Source: Camelus ferus (Eukaryota). From it: DNA of 64,000 bases. The notes under the pieces are model-generated. The model searched no databases. It worked only from the letters and a program-made list of their open reading frames with translations, and was not told where the DNA came from. Position 1 is the first letter of the stretch, and each line of letters opens with the position of its first letter. The stretch is from contig NC_045696.1 of assembly GCF_009834535.1 (NCBI RefSeq), positions 86,678,001 to 86,742,000 on the forward strand, given 5' to 3'. The translations under genes and the position numbers were made by a program. Below, piece after piece: positions 36,691 to 49,420 of this stretch.

Positions 36691-39600
36691 AAAATTGTAC
36701 TTAACAAAATATACTTGATTTCTCAATATTTCTATCTCATCTCAGTTATTAGCTCTTTTTTCTGCTTTTCCTTCAAACTTTTTGGTACATATAATTCAGA
36801 AGAATGACATGTAAACAATTAAATATATATTAACATATTAAAATTTGCTCTGAATAGAAGATTTAGCAAATGGTTATGGCAATAAAAGGGAAAGATTTAA
36901 TTGTGAGTAAAAGAATCATGAAAGACATAGGTGGCAATGGGAGACATGTCTTGATGGGCAAAGACATTTTCCACATGTGGGGAAACAAGCTTGAAGAGTC
37001 CGCCAAACAGAAAAACAGAATAAACAAAAGCCTGAGGCAGGTAAAACCATAGTATTTTAAAAAAGATTGAGTGGTTTAGGGCAGGAATGCATACTTTAGA
37101 AGAATAAGGTTACAGATTACAGTGAAAAATATGAGGACTAACTAGACTTGTAGATCTTTAAATATCACTTTTCATATTTTCAATACTTTTGTTTCTATAA
37201 GCAGGTTTTTTTCCTGTCCTTTGCCCTTGCTTTGGTCTCATTTTGAACTATTTCACTAAAAAATACAATCAGTGTATTCACAAACAAAATGAGCTATCCT
37301 CTAGTTATGAAATATTCCGTTCTGTTAGATTTAAATATTAATCCTATATCAATAAATAACTCTAAAATATGTTGTTTACTCTTTATATGTAGATTTCTAT
37401 CTATACTAATTGCTATACACATACATATGTATCTATCTTATATCCTATTTGCCTAATGTATACGCTATGTGTTTATATGCCATTTGCAATATTATCTAAA
37501 TAAATGCTTTTGGATATATTGTAGAAAGTTTCTTATCCTGGTTGGTAATAAAATGTAAACTTTTAAAAACATTATTTTGGAAATTTAACATTGAAAAATA
37601 CGTAATATTACAATGCCCTTATTATATGAGGCTTATGCTTTTGTATTCAGTGTTGTTTATGATAGTGCTTCAACTTGATGTCATCATAGAACCTTGTTCC
37701 TCCAGTACTTAAAATATTGTATGGCTAAAATGGCATTAAAGTCCCAAACAGTTTATCTTCTCTCTTAAATCTTCTCAACCTAAAGTGTTTATTTCTATTT
37801 GTATTTAATACATCCCTTATTTTGTCTAATTTGTCTCAAACCCTGATCATTTTTATCAACCACCCTGAAGTTTTTTTTTCCCCAAACTTTAATCTTTAAT
37901 GTTTCTCTGTAATATTTCACACACGTCTCCACAGATGTATTAGTCCAGATACATTTCATGCTAAATAAACAAAAATGAAAAAAAATCTAGATACTTCCTT
38001 GTTCAAAATTTTTTTCTATAGCTAGTGTCCAATTTCTTAAACCCATTTCCCATCTCTACTTCTTAAGACAGTATAATATCATACATTTATGCACAACTAT
38101 TTAAATAGCCATTATTTTATTTTCACCAAACACTTATTATACTTGAAGGTTTTGTCATGTTTCTAATTAAGTTCATCCATCTGATAATTATACTCCAGAA
38201 TAGGGAAGGAAAAAAAAATAGTCAAATTGATTTACCTAATATAATACGATTCATCCCTCAACGTATGAACTGTAACTAACAATTGACCATTATTTCATAA
38301 TTCAATATTTTTGGAGTATTTTATTTACATAGCCTTATAACAATGAATTACTGATCTTAAAAAATATTTTCATTCTGAAAAGCAGGACATTAAGAAAAAA
38401 AAAAACCAGCAAAAATGCTAAGTGAAAGTAAAAAACTTTCTGAAAGCCATTAAGAAGAAATATCCACAATGAATTACTAAACTTTAATTTTAAACACTAG
38501 TGAATCTGAAATTGCTACTTTTATGATAGGCTCCTTGCAGGTTTCTATTTTCAATGACAGCTATACTTCAGTAATCATGTAACTATTTGCTACTTCCATA
38601 AAGCTCCTGCTTAGCCATGATCACATGCTGTTTCAATTTTCCAGCACAAAATCAGATATAATATTCTGTTCAGTCATTCACAGTACTGTTTTCAAGGACC
38701 ATAAGAATCAGAAAGTAGATAGGATTAAAAAGAGTGAACCCAAGACATTATTTTATTAAACTAAAATAATTTGGAGCCATTTTATATTCATTTCCTCTAT
38801 TATGCTGTCTTTTAAAGTTAACTGGCAGTATTTCTACACTTTATAGCATAATTGAAGCAACTACTGAAATAGTAAAAATGGTATCTGTAGAACATTTTCT
38901 GTTTATCTGTAATAATCTAATAACCTTCTAAATAGCAATATGAATCAATAGCCATCTTTTATTGGTGAATTCATTAAATGTTTGTACAAAATTCAATGTC
39001 ATATACTTTAGGCAGAAATTAAAATGCATGCATATGTTTGAATTCTGAAAAAAAATGACTCAAGTTAATAAGTGAAATGAGATAATCTTTAGAAAAACCA
39101 GTGCATGAAACAGCATTAATTTGAGAAATTGATATGTGAGTAAATATGGAGATACTTACAAATAAAATGGTTTAAACAATGTACCTGTGATAATCCTCAC
39201 AGGTATATAAGGTACAACCTGCATTGCACAGGATTGAAAGGAAAACACCAGAAGAGTTTATGCAAACCCTAGACTATTCTGGGACAGTGTCTAGACAGGG
39301 CATCCTCTATAGTTCCCCGACTTTTACCATAAAAATTTGTAAGGGCACAAATCATGTAGTGTGCTACTGGTCTAGTCCAGCTGATGCTCATTTCTTTGTC
39401 TATACACTTGTGACAGTCTCTTGACTTCCATATCCAGGGTAGTTTAAATTCTCCCTTACCTATTTGCCTCTTACTTTTCCCTTTCCTCTTTTCTAGCTTT
39501 GTTGTTCTTCCACATCTTTTTTTTTTTTTTAAACTCACTTCACTTTCATCTCCTAACCTCCCATTGCTGTTTCTCCCCTGCCAATGGAGAGTTACCTTCC

Positions 39601-42242
39601 CTCTATTAGTACTAGCATTTGTCTCCCTTGTTAATTAAAGAGTCCACTTTTTGGTTTCCAAAAATTTTCTCTAATGAGCTGCTGCTCTCTGTTACCTTGA
39701 CAAAACACACATCTTAAGGCTGGTATGAAGGCAGACAGTAAAATTCTGGAATATTAGGAAATATATTTTTTTTCAGTTTTCCAAATATTAACCTGGTCAT
39801 ATGACTACATTCATGCTTATATTTTTAATTATCTATTCAGTTTCTACCTCTTTCTTCCTTATCCTTTTTATTCTTAAATTTTAAATAATTATTTTTCAGT
39901 TCATAAAGAGTATCCCAGAATTTCTTCAACTCCCAGCTTGCTAATAATTGATACTTGTGAGTAATGCCAACTAACTGCATTAGTTTATGTATAGTTACTT
40001 TCTGTTGTCAGCTGCATATTAATAGGAAGTGAATATAGTTTTATGAGCATTATTTGAAAGATTATTATATTTAAGCAAATCAACTTACTTTATAAGAATA
40101 TTGTAAAATTCATGGAAATCCAGAGAGTGAGAAAATTCTGACCTTGGTTTGATAAGATCATAACAGTTTTCACTGACGAGGAAGAAATGTACCCAGCCTT
40201 ATAAAGAAGGTAATAGTTTGGCAATAGTTAGCATAAATTATTTAGGACCATTCCAGAAAGCTGCTTTAATGTGGACGTTGATTTTGGTGCCAAGCTTGCA
40301 GCAGTATGGGAAACAGCCGATTCAGTTTTATTAAAGTTTATGGCCAGTTATGGGAGTATTGAAATGATAATCTAGTAAAGAGCAGATTTTGGCACAAATT
40401 TCCAGGAAATTAACCTGTTTTTTCATTAATTAGGAAACACTCAATAAAGAAAACTTAATAGAACAAATTGGTGCACGATAATGAATATAACAATACTTTT
40501 AGTAAAATAGGGATAATGGATTGCATATTTGGAAAAAATTACAATGAGTCAGCAGAAAAAAAATGTATTTCTGTTATGGGTCTTCGTCAAATTACTGACC
40601 GAGTTTTCATTTCTTCAACTCTAAAATTGAGATGATAATATCAGTAAGTTATGATTACTTTATCAGATAAGGATTACAAGATCAGATATATAAACATACT
40701 TTTTAAGTAAAGCTACTAAAATCATTAAAACATTATGTGGAAGGAAAGAGTTTCAATGGTCTAGACTGGCTGTAGATCACAGAGATGACTAATCTTCCCT
40801 TCCTCTAGTGGATCAATACCCAAAGGTTTTCCACAAATGAATAAATGTCAAAGAACAATATATAAATGAATAAAAGAATAATGTATAAATGAATAAAAAT
40901 ATGAACAGGTGATTCAAAACCCAAGAAAAAGAATGGGTCCTTTAAACATTAGATGTTTAACATCACCTGCCACAAGGAAATAAAAATTAAAGCATGGGTT
41001 TCTTTTATCATCTACTAATTAGGCAAAATCAGTAATGGTAAAAATACATAACACTGTATGAGTATAGAAAAGCAAAAATTTTCATTGCTTATGAAAGATG
41101 TTATAATCAATATAAGCCAGGGATCCCACCATTTAAGTAATTACACAAGATACTCTGACTCATCCTCTGGAATATGGGCTAGATTCAGAAGTGAGAGAAT
41201 TTCTCTCTTTCTTTTAAGCTTTTAATATGTGTATGTACCATTTTTATAACAAAATAATATTTTAATTAGAAAAAGGTTAGATGATATAAATATCTGAAAT
41301 TATGGTAATGTAACTTACTGTTTTGTTTTATTTTGTTCTTCTTAATTTAATATATGTAGGCCAGTCTACTTCTTTTATTTGATCTAATTTACTATGTGGT
41401 TATTTTCTCTGTGAGTCCAGTCCCATTAAATTGAGCTTTACAGACAATCATTTCTCTTCCTAATTTTATTACTGGTCATTTTGAACCTCACTGTTGGTTT
41501 TGATGAATTCTGCCTAAGAGGGAAATAATTATAGCACTAAGTTTAATTCTGCCCAACTCTACTTCCCACTTAATGGGGAAAATATTACAGTTTCTGATAA
41601 GAAGCAATCATAAGTAATAATATCAGTTGGCTTAACTGTCATGACTGTTACATGCTGTGATGCAAATTAGAGGTATCAATTTTAGCAACATGCTGAGTCT
41701 ATCTTTAGCGATTCTCTACATGTTAAGATAACTCCGGATATCAAAATATCCATGGATCAATGAAAACATAATTTATCAGATGCAATTGATGTTCTACTTA
41801 AAAATCACCTATAATTTGGCAAATGATCCTAATCACAAGACTTTAGTAGCTTCACTGTGAACTTTCTAAAATTTAAGTTAAATAATTGCACAATAATTTG
41901 CCTTCCTTTAAGTTACTGGGCGATTTACTTGCTCTTTTTAAAACTGTTTAATAAAAGTAATCTTAATTTTATAGTTTTATTTTCTTTCAATTTATGGATG
42001 TTTCTCCATACATTTTCATTCTACGAATAAACAACAGAGAAGCCACCCTCTTTGAATAGAGAAATTGAGGACAACAAGGAAGTATATAATTTTTCCTATA
42101 TTTCATTAATGTGGGCCTTGAACAGATTTTTTTGTATTCATGTCAAGTAAGGCAATATGGTTATCTACATACTTTGAAGGCAATGTGTTTGCTTAGAAAT
42201 GTTCAGAAACATTGAAATGACACTCATCCATACTGAGGACTT

Positions 42243-42625
42243 ACAGTAGATGCTGTCAGTGCCTAGTATATATCCCTTGGGCTGGAGTTTCAACTGGTGG
42301 CAGCTGCATCCCTTTGCGTGAAGGTTTTTCTGGCCACTGAACCCAATTTGTCAATACAAGTGGCAAGCCAGAATTGCTATGGAATTAACACCACACTACC
42401 CAACCAATGACAAACAAAAATTGGTAAATAAATACCGCAGCTTCTTTGGGTGAAGAGTTTGTTCTATGCTGGCTTTCCAAGTCCCTGGTGGGATTAAACT
42501 TTTGTTGTGGTAATTTGCTAAGTAATGCAAATTTACTGATGTTCTTTCCCTCTCTCCCAATTAGTCTCATACTTCTGTCAGGGTTTTCAGAGATGATCTC
42601 TGAATTAAATTATTCACACTTGTTT
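42243..42625 (+). mobile_element. ERVL LTR, LTR16-like
   Basis: agatgctgtcagtgcc...gccagaattgctatggaattaacacc...aaccaatga...tctatgctggctttccaagtccctggtgggattaa. Confidence 0.65.
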
Positions 42626-44919
42626 TTTTTTTTTTTTTAAATAAATACCCTAAGTTTTAGACTATTTTGATTCAGTTGTCAGAAAATTGATATGATTCAG
42701 GGAGACTAAAAATTCTAAGAGTGAAATATTAGTAAAGTGCAGAATATTGAAAAAGATAACAAACAGTAGAGATAAACAGAGTAATCAGCCCAATCTTTAA
42801 CATTTTTAAAACTTAACTGAGTATCAATCTGCTGCATAAAGGAACACAGATCATGACCTCAAGAGGAAGAACCATTGTTTCATGCTTCATTGCTCATGAT
42901 TATCACTGCCCTGTAATTCCTCTATTTCTCCCTTTGTGAAGCCATATGGAGGAATGAAAAGAAAAAAAGTAATGGAGTTACCTGAAGAAAATAGAGAACA
43001 AAGAGATTACCAAGAAAGGTAATGGTATATGCAGCAGTCTGACCTAAACATGGCCCTCAGACTGTTTTGTTAGGATGAGACTTCATTTAATCATATTTGC
43101 AAATATACTATTTTCTGAATTAGATAGTTTGCAATGTTATATCTGAAATTACCTTGCTAAGATAATTTTGGATGATTTGTTTTGAATTATTTATATGATA
43201 CATAATTTTGTTTCCTGCCACCTACGCCATGTCCTTCCTATATATTCAGCTCATTGAGGCATATGTTACTGGATTTTAAATATCACAGGCAGAAAAAATT
43301 AAACCATTACTCTACCCTTACCTCCATACATATTTCCAATTGTTTAAACTAAATGAACTTTCCTTATTTAGCTGTTTAAGGAAGCAAAGGATGGCATTCA
43401 ATTATGACCATTTAGAATAAAGACAACACAAAGTAACATTCAAGAATCTGAAATCTTGTGGTGATGTTTCAGATACTGAACTAAGTTCGGGAAACACTGT
43501 ATTCCAAGAAGAAGTGCTATTGAAGATTCTCCTAAGCAACCATATTTCTCCCAAAGAATCAAAATGAAAAGACCTGAAAAATACAAATTGTTGCAAGAAC
43601 AAATTTCTCTTCACTTTTCTATACAGAGGTCCATCGCTACATAGGGCTGCTCGTCCCACTCCTTACTGAGATCGGAAGTAAATGTGTAATAGTGTTCCCA
43701 GTATTCTAGAGTACTGAATGTTTTGTCAGGAGCTGCAGGAGGTAATAACAACCTTGTAATATTCTGTGCTATAGTCTTCTCAGACTGTTAAACTCCTTAT
43801 TTTTCAAGAGTCAAGAGCCTTGTTTAAGGTTTATCTGGTAGAATTTCTGATGGGAAAATTATTCAAATAGTAAAATATTTCCAAAGAAAATTACAAGACA
43901 GCATAGCAAACTGTTTAGAAAAAGCCTCTGTAAACTAAAATTCCAAATGTCATGTGTCAGGCATTCTAAAAATCAGAGTTTGGGAGTAATTAGTACAGAG
44001 CCATGTACACAACTTGATAGCTTATAGATGGGTATCTCTACCATCTGTAGTTTGTTTCAAAAAAGGTCACCTAATGAAAAACTTGAGTGCTGAAAGTCTC
44101 AGATTTCAACTGCCTTCAGAATTATGACTGTGGTACCTTTAGCTGGAGAGGAGACCACGCCCTTGTTTCTTTAATACTTAATCCATAAGAGTAGGGTTAT
44201 GGACTATATAGGTTTTTAAAAAGCAGATATGGGTGACTAGAAATTACAAGGAGGGACTAAAATGTATTTCTATGTACATTAATAGAGAAAATATTCAGGA
44301 AGAAAGAGGAAAGAAAATTTAACTCAGTTGAAGGGGAGTAAAACTAACAGAGAAAAGGTAGCAATTACATAATTCAAAAACTAATTGTTTTATAGCACAT
44401 ATCACAATTCCACAATTGTACTCTGGCTATTAAAGAGAGAAAGTAGAGTCTGGTAATAGCACCACTCAGTTCTGTAAGCATGTGAGAAACACCTGGGCAA
44501 ACATTGTGATAATTTCCTCTAGCTCATGAGAAAAATATCATTTATCCATACAAAATAACAAAGAATAATCTTTTATTTATCTCTATACACAGGTAAAGTA
44601 CTTAACAGTGATTATAAGAATATCTCATTATTTTTAAATATTCAATAATTATATTCAGCTTCAAGGAATGAATGGAACTTGTATCCTCATCATTTAGTGA
44701 CATTAGATACCAATAATTAGGGTTTTAAGCAAAAAATATACATAACTATAGGAAAGTGAAGAAAACAACCTTTACTGAAGGTATGGAGGTTGTCTTATAA
44801 TGTAGTAATATTACAGATTTAGCAAATTAAATCTGTTCTCCTATTTGATTACACAATACATTCCAAAATTTTAATTATTTTATTCATGACACAGACCATT
44901 TCATGTCTTTCTCTCCTTT

Positions 44920-45510
44920 TCCTGGTCCTGGTATGCATTTTCCTGAGATATTGATGTGGCTCTTTTCTCTTTTCAGCTTTCTAGTTAAATTTTACTTCCT
45001 CACAGAAGTCCTTGCTTAATATTCCTTAACAACTTAATACCTCATCTATTCCTTAACAACTTGCTTTACTGTATTTCTTTTTTTAATAGCACAAACTGTT
45101 TTCCAAAGTTTGTAAAAAAATTTGTTAATTACTTAATACTCAGTCTATACCAGGCATAGCAAACTATGGCTTAAAGACCAAATTTAGTGCTCCATTCATT
45201 TTTGAAAAGTTGTATTGAAACACAGAGCCATGTTTATTCACTTAGGTGACATATATGTATTTTTTTGGGGGGGGGGGACTGAAATCATACTACAATAGTA
45301 GAGTTGAGTGTTGCAACAACAGAGATGAAATGGCCCATAAAGCCTAAAATATTTACAGAAAAAAATTTGCTGACGCACTGTCTATACTGTGAAACACTGA
45401 TGACAGAGATTTTGCTGCTTATACTCACTGCTCTATTCTCAAGGTATATAATAGGGCTGCTACTTTGTTGGGGCTGAAATAGTATTGAAAATATGAATTA
45501 ATTAATTGTT
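44920..45510 (+). mobile_element. L2 3' fragment interrupted by MER58A
   Basis: L2 motifs on both sides of MER58A: tacttcctcacagaagtcctt and tatactgtgaaacactgatgacagagattttg...ctcactgctctattctca. Confidence 0.6.
45151..45380 (+). mobile_element. MER58A-like hAT-Charlie DNA transposon (MITE)
   Basis: TIR-like ends caggcatagcaaact / tttgctgacgcactg, internal tggcccataaagcctaaaatatttac, 8-bp TSD GTCTATAC at 45143-45150 and 45380-45387. Confidence 0.85.
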
Positions 45511-45649
45511 AAAAATAAATTAGTGACTGTTGAATAGGTCTAGAAAATTGTCTAGCATATATAGATATCCAGTAAGGGTGTGTGTAATAAAATAAAACTA
45601 TCACTGCCCCTAATATGGGAAATAAGCATTTATAAAAGATACAATTGAA

Positions 45650-45825
45650 GATTTTATATGTAATATTTACTGTACATGTATATATCAGTATATGTATATA
45701 TCTGTATATTTTACACAGTATACATAGTTTATATGTGCAATATATATGTATGTATGCATCTATATGTACAGACTATATATATATACACTTTATACATACA
45801 TACGTAAAGTGTGTATATGTATATG
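45650..45825. repeat. TA/CA/TG-rich low-complexity tract
   Basis: Degenerate purine-pyrimidine alternation. Confidence 0.75.
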
Positions 45826-46359
45826 CTAATGAATTACAATGAGTACCTCTGCAGTGCTCAGTATTTCATATTTTTTATAAGCTTCTCTAATGATCACAGT
45901 TGCTTCAGGAATATGGCAAAAGTAAATCTCATTTCTACCTTAGAACTATGGTATATATTTATGGTTTAACCTATACTCCAAAACATTTTATTTTTGATTC
46001 AATTTTCTTTTTCTGGCTAAATTCTAAGTTTTGATGTATTGGCATATCTTAGAATTTTGTTATATACCTTCAAAAATGCACTCTTAAGAATCTTAACTGA
46101 AAGTCAATTTTTGATACCAAATTTTTCCTATTTTATATAACTTAAGAAGAGTGTTACAAGGAATTGTATTATTCATGTTTTTGAGTCAGTGAATTTGCTT
46201 AATTTTATGGGTACTCTTGAATATATAGTATTGCTTATCTATACTAGTTTTACCAACTTCTAAGATGCTGATGTTGATGAGATCTTGTATTTTAGAGAAG
46301 TTTGTAGTCAAGAAAAAATGTGTTCTTCATAGGCCTGGAAACAGGTAGTGGAAGGTGTC

Positions 46360-46975
46360 ATTTATTTATACATTCACTCATTCCTAATGATTTAATCTTT
46401 CAACAAATATTTATGTTTTCCTACATTTTGCCAATTCTGGACAATGTTTGGAAGTCACTGCCTTAAGCCACTCAGAGCATAATGGGAAATAAAGACATGT
46501 AAAAAATGCATATATTTATGTGTGTGTGTTTGCATGTAAGTATATGCGTGTACATATATACAAACATTCCATGATGGATGCTGCAATGGAGTCCTCTATC
46601 AAGTGGCAAAAAGACAAAAATAAACAGCATAGTTGGGGCACACAGGAAACATCAGGATTGAAGCAGGAGAAGTTAGAAAAGGCCAGACTGCAAAGAGATA
46701 TAAATTATGTACCCAGAGGTTTTGATTTAATTTACACATGATAAGGAGGAGAAGATTTTTAAGTAGGACGACAATAGAATTAGATTTGTGTTTTACTGCA
46801 GAAGGAAGAGTATAGGATGGAGTGGAAGAAACCAGCAGGAAGTACTTATAGTCTGAATCTGTCTAGCTGAACAAAATTTTAATTTGACCTAAAATAATGA
46901 TGATTGATGAGAAGTGTAAGGAAAGGCTTCCAGGGAATATGTAAGACCTAACCTTTGTACACATAAAATGATAGG
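46360..46975 (-). mobile_element. L2 fragments
   Basis: ttcaacaaatatttatg...; agatttttaagtaggacgacaatagaattagatttgtgtttt...ggatggagtgga. Confidence 0.55.
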
Positions 46976-47839
46976 AAAATAAGGAGAAAAATAAAGGTGG
47001 AGGTGGGAGGGTGGAAAGGCGTTACTAGTCACAGACCTTTATTCTTTTACTTTTTCTCCCACCTTCTAGGTAATACATAGTGAACCCCATTCTCTCTCTC
47101 CTCTCTGTCTCTGGCTCTGGCTCTGCCTCTGTCTGTCTCACACTACCCGTTGTTTTTTGGTTTTTTTCTTTTTTTTTTTTGGCCTGCTCTAAGGAAGAAA
47201 GCAAAAAACAACTTCAGTATTGTGTCAGGAAATCTGAACGTCAATGCTCCTGCTGCATTTAGAAATACTATTAAATCCGTTAGCATTTTACATTTTTTTT
47301 TATTTGTTATATTCATTGTTCATTTTTCTGGTAGAATCTAGGGTCAAATTATTTTTTATTCATGTGGATCCATGTTCTCTTTCCTTGTACTTATACAGGA
47401 TGTGAAGTATTTCAACCATAAATATCAAAACAAGACTCACTTTAAAATCTAGATGCAAAATTCAGTGTGTCCCTTGAATAAATAAATGTTTAAAAGTCCA
47501 AATGAAGTACAAGGGCCTTTTGTAAATCTCATCTTGGATTCAAAAATAGACTTAGAAGTTATTTTACAGTGGTGATAGTCTAGTATGTTATTAACTCCCT
47601 AGTTTTAAATCAATAGCTCTAGAAGAGATTTTGTAACTTTCATTTTGGGTTTCCCTTTATTCAGGAGTTCCTGCTCTGGGCTGCCTGTTGTGCAGCTGCC
47701 TAGGGTGGCTTTGCTAGGTTTGTGGCAGTTGCTCCATCATAGCTGGCAGAGGTAGTCGCTAATGTGTTCTTAATCACACCATTTTAAAAATAGTAAATGT
47801 TTTCCTAAACTACCTAAACTAATATTTGAGTTTTATTTC

Positions 47840-48850
47840 AAATGTTTCTCCAGTGTATATTCAGAAATTACCGAGTCACAAGTTATGAGTATTTAAATTC
47901 CTATTAGATCATTTTAAATTACTCCTTAAAGTAACTGTTCCAATTTACATTCCCACTAGAAATGAGTGTATAGTATACATTTTCTGTGCCCTAGCTTAAT
48001 GTTGGGTTAATAGCATTTTCCTTTTACTCTAGAGCCACCTTTTATTCTTGTTCTGACGTAAATGTTTTACAAACTACAGTAACATTATTTTAACCTTTAG
48101 CTTTAAATTTGTAACATGTATATTATTAACCAAGTCTGAATTCAGTCATATCTTTAATCTAGTCCTGAATAACACAAGTTATGCTCGTCAGATTCTTATA
48201 TAGATTTTCACTTCCATCTGAAAATCTTATTCCTATATTCTAAGGTCACAGACCTTTATTCTTTTAGAATTTTGTCTAGAATTTTAATTATAATTGCATT
48301 TAAATGCATAATTATATAATTACTATGTTATCACAATCATATTTTTTGAGGTTTGCCAGAATGTACTATTGACTTACTTCTTTCGTTATATTTTACTATA
48401 CATTGTTAATTCCTTTTTTTCTCTTTGAAGTATATTGTTTATACTTTTACCCTACATATTCCAAGCTTTAAATTTTTCATTTAACAGATCTAATAGTATT
48501 AACATTTCTGGAAAGCTTCATATATATTTATGTTGATTAACTTGTTGGATACAAAGGTCTAATTTCAATTTCACCTTGGAATTTTGAGATTATTACTCAT
48601 TGACATTTGCCATCTATTGTCGTTAATAATTAGTCTTCTCTCAGTTTATAATTCTGTTTCCTTATCACTCATTTTCTTTTATCATAGTTTTCCTTAATGA
48701 ACTTCAATTTTAAAGCAATGCATATCAGTGCTGGTCTTTAAAATTAATTCTGCTTAACATTCAGTGGTATTTTCATTTTGAGGATTCAATCCTTTGTACA
48801 TTTCAGGAAAACTCTTGGATAGTATCCGTAAACCAATATTTCCTCATTAT
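47840..48850 (-). mobile_element. Very old L1ME-like remnants
   Basis: ccaatttacattcccactagaaatgagtg; gatattattactcattgacatttgccatctattg...aattagtcttc. Confidence 0.45.
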
Positions 48851-49089
48851 ATTGAGTAGTATTTAAGTGAAGAGTAAAGACTAAAACAGAACAGATTATT
48901 CACTTAATCCATAATTATTCTCACCAAAGAAATGGGCACAATTTTAGTTTATGCAGCTTAATAATTATTACATACCGTAATCAGTTTTATTTTAAAATTT
49001 CATAGCTATTTAGCATCTGGCAGTAAAAATATTATGGCATAAAATTTTTAAAAAGAATAGGAAAAATAGCAATTTGTTAAGGTTCTAAG

Positions 49090-49420
49090 CTTGAGTTTAT
49101 TTCAGAAATCAGAATCTGAGTCCAAGGTTTGCAGCCATGCAATTCATTTGGTAAACTGATCCCAGAGGCTAGGAATGAAAATACTGGGAAGAATGCAACA
49201 GGGAAGAATGGAAAGCCAATCTAACAGTGAATAATGAGTTAGTTTCTTCTGTGGGATACTGAGGATCAGTGCTGCTGGAGATAGCCTAAGGAAACTTTTA
49301 TCATGCATTTCAGAATTGTTCCTCTGAGAAAAAAATGAGGGGAATATGTATCTTTTGGCTTCTGCTGCTCACTAATCAAAGGTTGTCCAGAGTTGTTACA
49401 TCTTACATCTTTGTCTTACA
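49090..49420 (-). mobile_element. ERVL LTR (LTR33/LTR16 group)
   Basis: cagaaatcagaatctgagtccaaggtttgcag...ttcatttgg...tgatcccagaggc...acagggaagaatggaaagccaat. Confidence 0.55.

Noticed and set aside
40835..40905. Short spaced repeats (AAATGAATAAA) as a CRISPR-like array
   Set aside because: Only three short, irregular AT-rich copies in mammalian DNA; ordinary low-complexity duplication
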